NCBI GenBank assembly: GCA_977018835.1
Contig: OZ361257.1
Span: 2,480,001-2,544,000 of the forward strand
From: Minutocellus sp. GHC0000111
Lineage: Eukaryota
DNA: 64,000 nucleotides
Direction of reading: 5' to 3'
Shown here: in pieces, positions 58,826 to 64,000 of the stretch
Layout: every line of letters starts with the position of its first letter
How positions within the stretch are numbered: the stretch's first letter is position 1
Position numbers and translations under genes: made by a program
Notes under the pieces: generated by a model
The model's database searches: none
Seen by the model: only the letters and a program-made list of their open reading frames with translations
Told to the model about the DNA's origin: nothing

Positions 58826-61815
58826 TCAGTGAACGGTGGATCCAGCGACGTCGCTGGCGGCCTCCGGGGCGGAAGGTCCAGATGGGGCCTGTTCTTGCAC
58901 TTCATCTTCCTCCATGAGCGCATTCTCAGCCACTGTGCTCGCACCCTTCTTCTTCCTCGCTGGCGAATTTGCGTCAGTTTCGTCGGTATCCTCCTCATCG
59001 GGATAATTGTAACTGGCATCATCCTTGGCCACCTTGGTCACGGATTTCTTTAACCTCATGATGAAGAAGACAGCAAGCGCGACCAAAACCACACCTCCCA
59101 CTGCACACCCGATGGCAATGGCAAGTGTATTGGAGCTATCGCTGTCATTACTCTGTGGTTGGGCCGGGGCACTTTCTTCCTCCTCATCGGCATCGGAGGT
59201 AGCGATGACGTCGGTAACCACCGAGCCGATTCGAGCTTCAGGCATATCCTCTTTGACCTCATCGACAATGCGATCAGCTACTCTTGGCAATGCCTCTACT
59301 TGCATATCCTGAACATCGGCCTTGGTGGGAAGGAATTGTTCTTTCTCCGTCTGTGCAAAGGTAACAATTCCGCCGTAAATGACCTGATAGCGCTCACCGC
59401 CGTCGACGTCCGTCACCTTCTTGTTCTTTCGGGTAAGATTGACACCAGAGGGCCTTGCGAACGGAAAGCCGGAGGATTCAATTGCCCTGCTCAGCTCATC
59501 CAGCATAGAGTCTGACATAATCTCCTCAAGATTGTCATTGAGATAGAAGGCCAACTCGGACCTGTCCAATCGACGCCGGCGGGCGGCTTCGTCCGGGATA
59601 TCAATCGTGATGCCAAAGTACAGCAGTTCCGCAATACTGGTATCAATCACAGCCACCGGCGCCTCCGTGGGCGATGCTGTCGGATCCCTTGTGGGGGAAG
59701 CAGTCGGATCTTTTGCTGGAGACTTGGTTGGTGATGGAGTAGGCTCATCCGAATCAAGGTCCGTTGGCTTGGGAGTGGGAGATGCCGTCGGCTCAGGGTC
59801 GTATTCGGGACATTCCAAGAATTCGCAATTGTTGTTGGGATCGCGTGCGACAAAGTACGGATTTCCGTTACCCGGGCATCTCTTCACGGTAACATCGTGA
59901 TGACTACAGGTAATATCAATATTGAGGTTCATGGATCCATCCTCCGGTCTCCACGAGGGCATGTCCACCTTTGGAAGACGGGCCTTTAGCCGAGCCTTGA
60001 CATCAGCATAGTTCGGATCCTTGTACAAGTTGGTAAACTCATTGGGATCATTATCGTGATCGTACAATTCTTCTGACCCATCGACATAACGAATGTAGCG
60101 GTATCTCTCGTCGACCTAGATTTGAGTGAAGAGGGGAAGAACCGAAATGATGTAAGAAAATGAAATGAAAATAGGAAATTACGAACCAAGGCCAACCACA
60201 GTACCAAAAACATTAGAGTAACTCACAATTGCGTGGTTCTTGTACCGGACGGTGACCGTGGCGACACCATCCCAGTCGGCATTGGCATCCTCCAAGAGGG
60301 GTCGAATGTCATCACCATCGACGTGATCGGGAACGTCCAATCCCACCAGCTTCATCAGAGTAGGGTACATGGACTGCAAATCCACCGGCTTGTTGCAAAT
60401 CGATCCAAGCTCCGTCATACCAGGTACGACCCAAATGTATGGGACATCACTGGCCTCCTCCCACAACGTCTGTTTCTTGTGATGGCCTTTCTCTCCAAGA
60501 TGATATCCGTGATCCGACCACAAAACAATGATTGTGTTGTCCTTCTCCGGGGACTTCTCAAAGGCATCGATCAATCGACCAATGTTCATGTCCATGTAGG
60601 CCTGTGTTTTGAGTGGGGAGAGGTAGAGTAAAGGTGGAGTGAGAACAATGAAATGAAAATACAAATCACCCGACCAAGGCCGACTCTGATACTACAATAG
60701 CAACAACATCAATGCAACTCACAATGGCTGCCAGATAACTCTGAATGCTGGTCTCCCACTTGCCCAACTCGATGACCTCGGTAAACTCCTTGTCGGGGTT
60801 GGCAATCTTGTTGATGGCGTATTCGGGGACATCCTTCAGATCTTCCCAAACTCGTTCCTCCCATTCTTTCCAATTGTTGGTAGTGGCATACGGCGGGAGC
60901 TTGAGCTCGTCGGGTGGGAAGCGATCGTAGTACTTTTGGGGCACCACCCAAGGGAGGTGTGGCTGAGAATAGTGCATGAGTGGGCAAAAAGAGAGGAAGT
61001 GTGGAATGTAAGACGCTCAGTCCAAAACAGGAAATAATACGCGACATGATTGCATTGCAATGAATTGGCAGGTATTGTGCTCAACCGATTGCGCTGAACC
61101 TCACTCACCTTGACGATGCCACATGCCAAGAACAAGGGCTTGTTGTCGCGCTTGGACGGGTCCTCGTGCAACTTGTCGGCACAAAAGTTGACGGTATGCC
61201 AATCCGGATCGTCATCATCATAAACCTCGCGGCTCAGCTCAATGTCGTGGGTAAAGCCCATCCGATCGGTGTACTCGCCAACGACGTCACCGGCATGGAC
61301 CTTGGGATAGTCATCCCACTCATCGACGTAAATCTTGACCGCGTTGGTCTCGCCCTGCTGACTGGAGTGGTAGGTCTTTCCGCGCGCAGCTGTGTGGTAG
61401 CCACCCTGCTGAAGCCAGTAGTTTAGCCCCATCCTTTCGTTAATGAAGGGCTTCCATGGATAGTCCTTGTTGTCGTAGCAGCCCGAGATGCCGGCACGGA
61501 CACCGGACCAGACGGCCGCACGGGACGGGTTGCAAATGGTCGCACTGGCGTGAGCGTTGGTGAAGGACATGCCCATGGCCGAGAGACGGTCGAGGTTGGG
61601 CGTGAGGGATTGCTGGTTGCCCTTGGGCGTGTGCTTGTTAAAGTATCCGACCCAGTTGTTCAAATCATCAATGGGGATCATCAAAATGTTGGGCTTATCG
61701 GTAAGGTCCCACAGACGACGGCCAGAAGAAGAAACGTCACGGACATGGCGGTCGTGGTGGATGAGTTGGCGCCACTGGCACATGACGTGCCGGAGCGTGA
61801 AGATTGAGCCGCCAT
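58826..61815 (-). pseudogene. Membrane-anchored sulfatase (iduronate/choline-sulfatase-like), 3 introns; signal peptide out of frame at about 61700-61708
   Basis: PNILMIPIDDL, CNPSR, PHLP and SDHGYHLGEK motifs. Introns 61108-60963, 60722-60602 and 60226-60116 all splice in frame. PT-rich linker and C-terminal TM segment. Confidence 0.82.
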
Positions 61816-62153
61816 TGTAAGATACGACAGCTGCCTTCCACAGCAAGAATGAAAAACCTCTCCCTTATACCAGCAAAATTCGATTGTGATCGTTCGAACA
61901 ACTTATTGCAGCCGATCAATGCGGGATTGAGGAAGAAAAGTTGTTGGCTCGACTTTAGTCTTGCAAGAAAAGGGGGGAGGAAGTCTAATAAACCATGCAT
62001 TGTACGCGCTTGAAAAATTGATCCCCATTCTGAAAAACTAAGCCCCTCTCCCATGCCATCGGCGACAATTGACGTGGTGGTCGACTCTAATTACATCTCA
62101 GCACTCCTCTTATCTGCCGACAGTCAAGACTCTTTTCATCGGGGGATAAGATA

Positions 62154-62996
62154 ATGTCCAGCACTGACAAACCATCCAAGACCTCCTCGTCTTCGACTGC
62201 CCTCACATACACCCTCGCTGCCTGCGGAACAGTCGTCGTTACCGCCCTACTCTATCGCGCCTACAACAATCGCCGCCGATCCAAGATGGAGAAAGTTACC
62301 TTCGGAGAATCCAACATCCCCGGCTACGAGATCGGCGATAAGTCCGCCCCGGCCATCATCGTTCTGCAGGAGTGGTGGGGCGTAACATCGAATATCAAGG
62401 CGCAAGCCGAACACCTTGCCAAGAGTGGCTATCGCTGCCTCGTGCCCGACCTGTACAAGGGAATGCTCGGGGTTGACGTCGAGGAGGCTCACCATCTCAT
62501 GGACAATTTGGACTGGCCGACGGCCAAGGACGAGATTTGCGCTGCGGCCAAGTATTTGAAGGAGACAGGATCACCGTCGGTTGGCGCGATTGGTTTTTGC
62601 ATGGGCGGCGCTCTCACGCTCATTGGTGCCCAACATTCGGACGACATCACCTGTGCGTGTCCATTCTACGGTACCCCTGACCCGAGCATCTGCCAGACGG
62701 AGAAGATCAGCAAGCCAATCCAGGCCCACTTTGGTGAGCTTGATACCATGGCCGGCTTTTCGGATCCCGCGGCTGCCAAGAAGCTCGAGGAGAACCTCAA
62801 GGCTGCTGGTGGCACGGAAAGTGCGGTATTCATGTATCCCGGCGTTGGTCACGCCTTCATGAACGACCTGCCCGAGCCGTTCGAGAGCTTTGAGGCACGC
62901 AAGGAGACCATGGGCGTCGTCCCTCCTATTGAGGAGCAGACTGCCCTGGCTTGGAAGCGTGTGCTGGAATTCTTTGACAAGCACTTGAAGGCTTAG
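62154..62996 (+). CDS. Dienelactone hydrolase family protein
   Basis: QEWWG, VPDLY, GFCMGG and GHAFMN motifs. Confidence 0.92.
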   Translation: MSSTDKPSKTSSSSTALTYTLAACGTVVVTALLYRAYNNRRRSKMEKVTFGESNIPGYEIGDKSAPAIIVLQEWWGVTSNIKAQAEHLAKSGYRCLVPDLYKGMLGVDVEEAHHLMDNLDWPTAKDEICAAAKYLKETGSPSVGAIGFCMGGALTLIGAQHSDDITCACPFYGTPDPSICQTEKISKPIQAHFGELDTMAGFSDPAAAKKLEENLKAAGGTESAVFMYPGVGHAFMNDLPEPFESFEARKETMGVVPPIEEQTALAWKRVLEFFDKHLKA

Positions 62997-63083
62997 AGAG
63001 ATTTTTTCCCTTGGCAAGCTTTAGAAAGAACAAAGTAGAATCGCTTACAACTAACAATTTTGAACCCAAGTTATTGCTTCGCA

Positions 63084-64000
63084 TTATTTGCGTATTCCTT
63101 CTTGCTTTCGCTTCGCTGTTCTGGTCAAAATGAAGACAGAGCCCTTGTGACCGCGAGTTATTCGCATATCACCATCAATATATCCAGTTCTCAACCATCC
63201 CGTTGGTCCAACAATACCAAGAGGAAAGGTAATGTCCACGGGAGAATTCTTCACCTGAAGTCGACAGGAGTGAAACTTCACATCTATCCGTCTTTGATCA
63301 TCTCTGTTGGGCTTGAAGGCTACGTCCACGAACAGTGATCCTTTGACGGGCAACGGCTGACGAAGCTCGACGCTCACCACATTTCGCACCCTTGACTTCT
63401 TCCTATCGATGGCCTGGCTGCTTCGAACTGGTGGTGCCGATTCACCGTCGCTGCCGCCAGATGGCTCCAGTATGCCAATGGACTCCAACCGATCTTGGAT
63501 TTCTCGTGGCAGTATTGGATTTGCCCGTCCGCCACCGCCACCTCCTCCGTTTGGGTTGTTGCTGTACGATTGATTCTCAAGTGGATTGATAAACGAAAAC
63601 ACACCTCGCTGGGACTCGGCGCTGGTTTTGTCTTGCACCGTCCAAAGAAGTTCCCAATTGCCCGCGAGCTCCGATAACACGTCCTCGTCCGACGTTGGAC
63701 ACTGATCCTCGAGGTCACGTACTGCGGCCAGAATATCATTGGTCAGACCTCGAGGCGTCGGCGCGTTGCTCGGCACCTCATCGAGGAGGTCAAATAGTCT
63801 CGACTTTGCATCGGTGGTATCAGAGACTGATGCTGCCGCCGATCGGCATGCCACTTTTGGTCGGTGGGGCTTGCTGTAACACTTGCATGAGAGCTGAAGC
63901 CATCGTGCCGCCGCATATCGGTAAGATACGTCGCAGTTACTTTTGATTGGTAGGCGCTGGGAGGCGCGCTGAAGCCATCGGCAAGATATACCGCAGACAA
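63084..64000 (-). CDS. Plastid lipid-associated protein (PAP/fibrillin); 5' end beyond the window
   Basis: LAGNWELLWT ... GWLRTGYIDGDMRITRGHKGSVFILTR. Confidence 0.85.
   Translation of the reverse strand, partial: VCGISCRWLQRASQRLPIKSNCDVSYRYAAARWLQLSCKCYSKPHRPKVACRSAAASVSDTTDAKSRLFDLLDEVPSNAPTPRGLTNDILAAVRDLEDQCPTSDEDVLSELAGNWELLWTVQDKTSAESQRGVFSFINPLENQSYSNNPNGGGGGGGRANPILPREIQDRLESIGILEPSGGSDGESAPPVRSSQAIDRKKSRVRNVVSVELRQPLPVKGSLFVDVAFKPNRDDQRRIDVKFHSCRLQVKNSPVDITFPLGIVGPTGWLRTGYIDGDMRITRGHKGSVFILTRTAKRKQEGIRK

Noticed and set aside
63854..64000. Possible frameshift between the fibrillin presequence (ADGFSAP frame) and the PAP domain
   Set aside because: Both frames are open to the window edge, so this cannot be decided.

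Overview
Gene-dense eukaryotic nuclear DNA, most likely from a diatom or related stramenopile. Evidence for this: few, mostly short GT-AG introns, an ASAF-type plastid-targeting presequence, a violaxanthin de-epoxidase-like gene and a CoDi-type Ty1/copia element. I can support about 30 host protein-coding loci. Mobile and repeated DNA comprises the 5' half of a copia LTR retrotransposon (1-2395), a decayed SWIM-finger transposon-like remnant (~2.9-5.7 kb) and a rearranged zone at 21.2-26.4 kb. That zone holds two tandem TA-inserted MITE copies, an 816-bp inverted duplication of a nearby gene and a ~195-bp tandem array. Two things stand out. (1) About 10 of the 30 host genes carry disabling lesions: single in-frame TGA/TAG/TAA codons, templated 7-17 nt insertions and a microhomology deletion, in otherwise well-preserved frames. 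This suggests a recently released, degenerating haplotype or duplicate segment. (2) The retrotransposon's gag and pol are in the same frame, separated by one TGA that is immediately followed by an extended stem-loop, a candidate programmed read-through signal. All family calls come from motif recognition by eye; no database searches were run.
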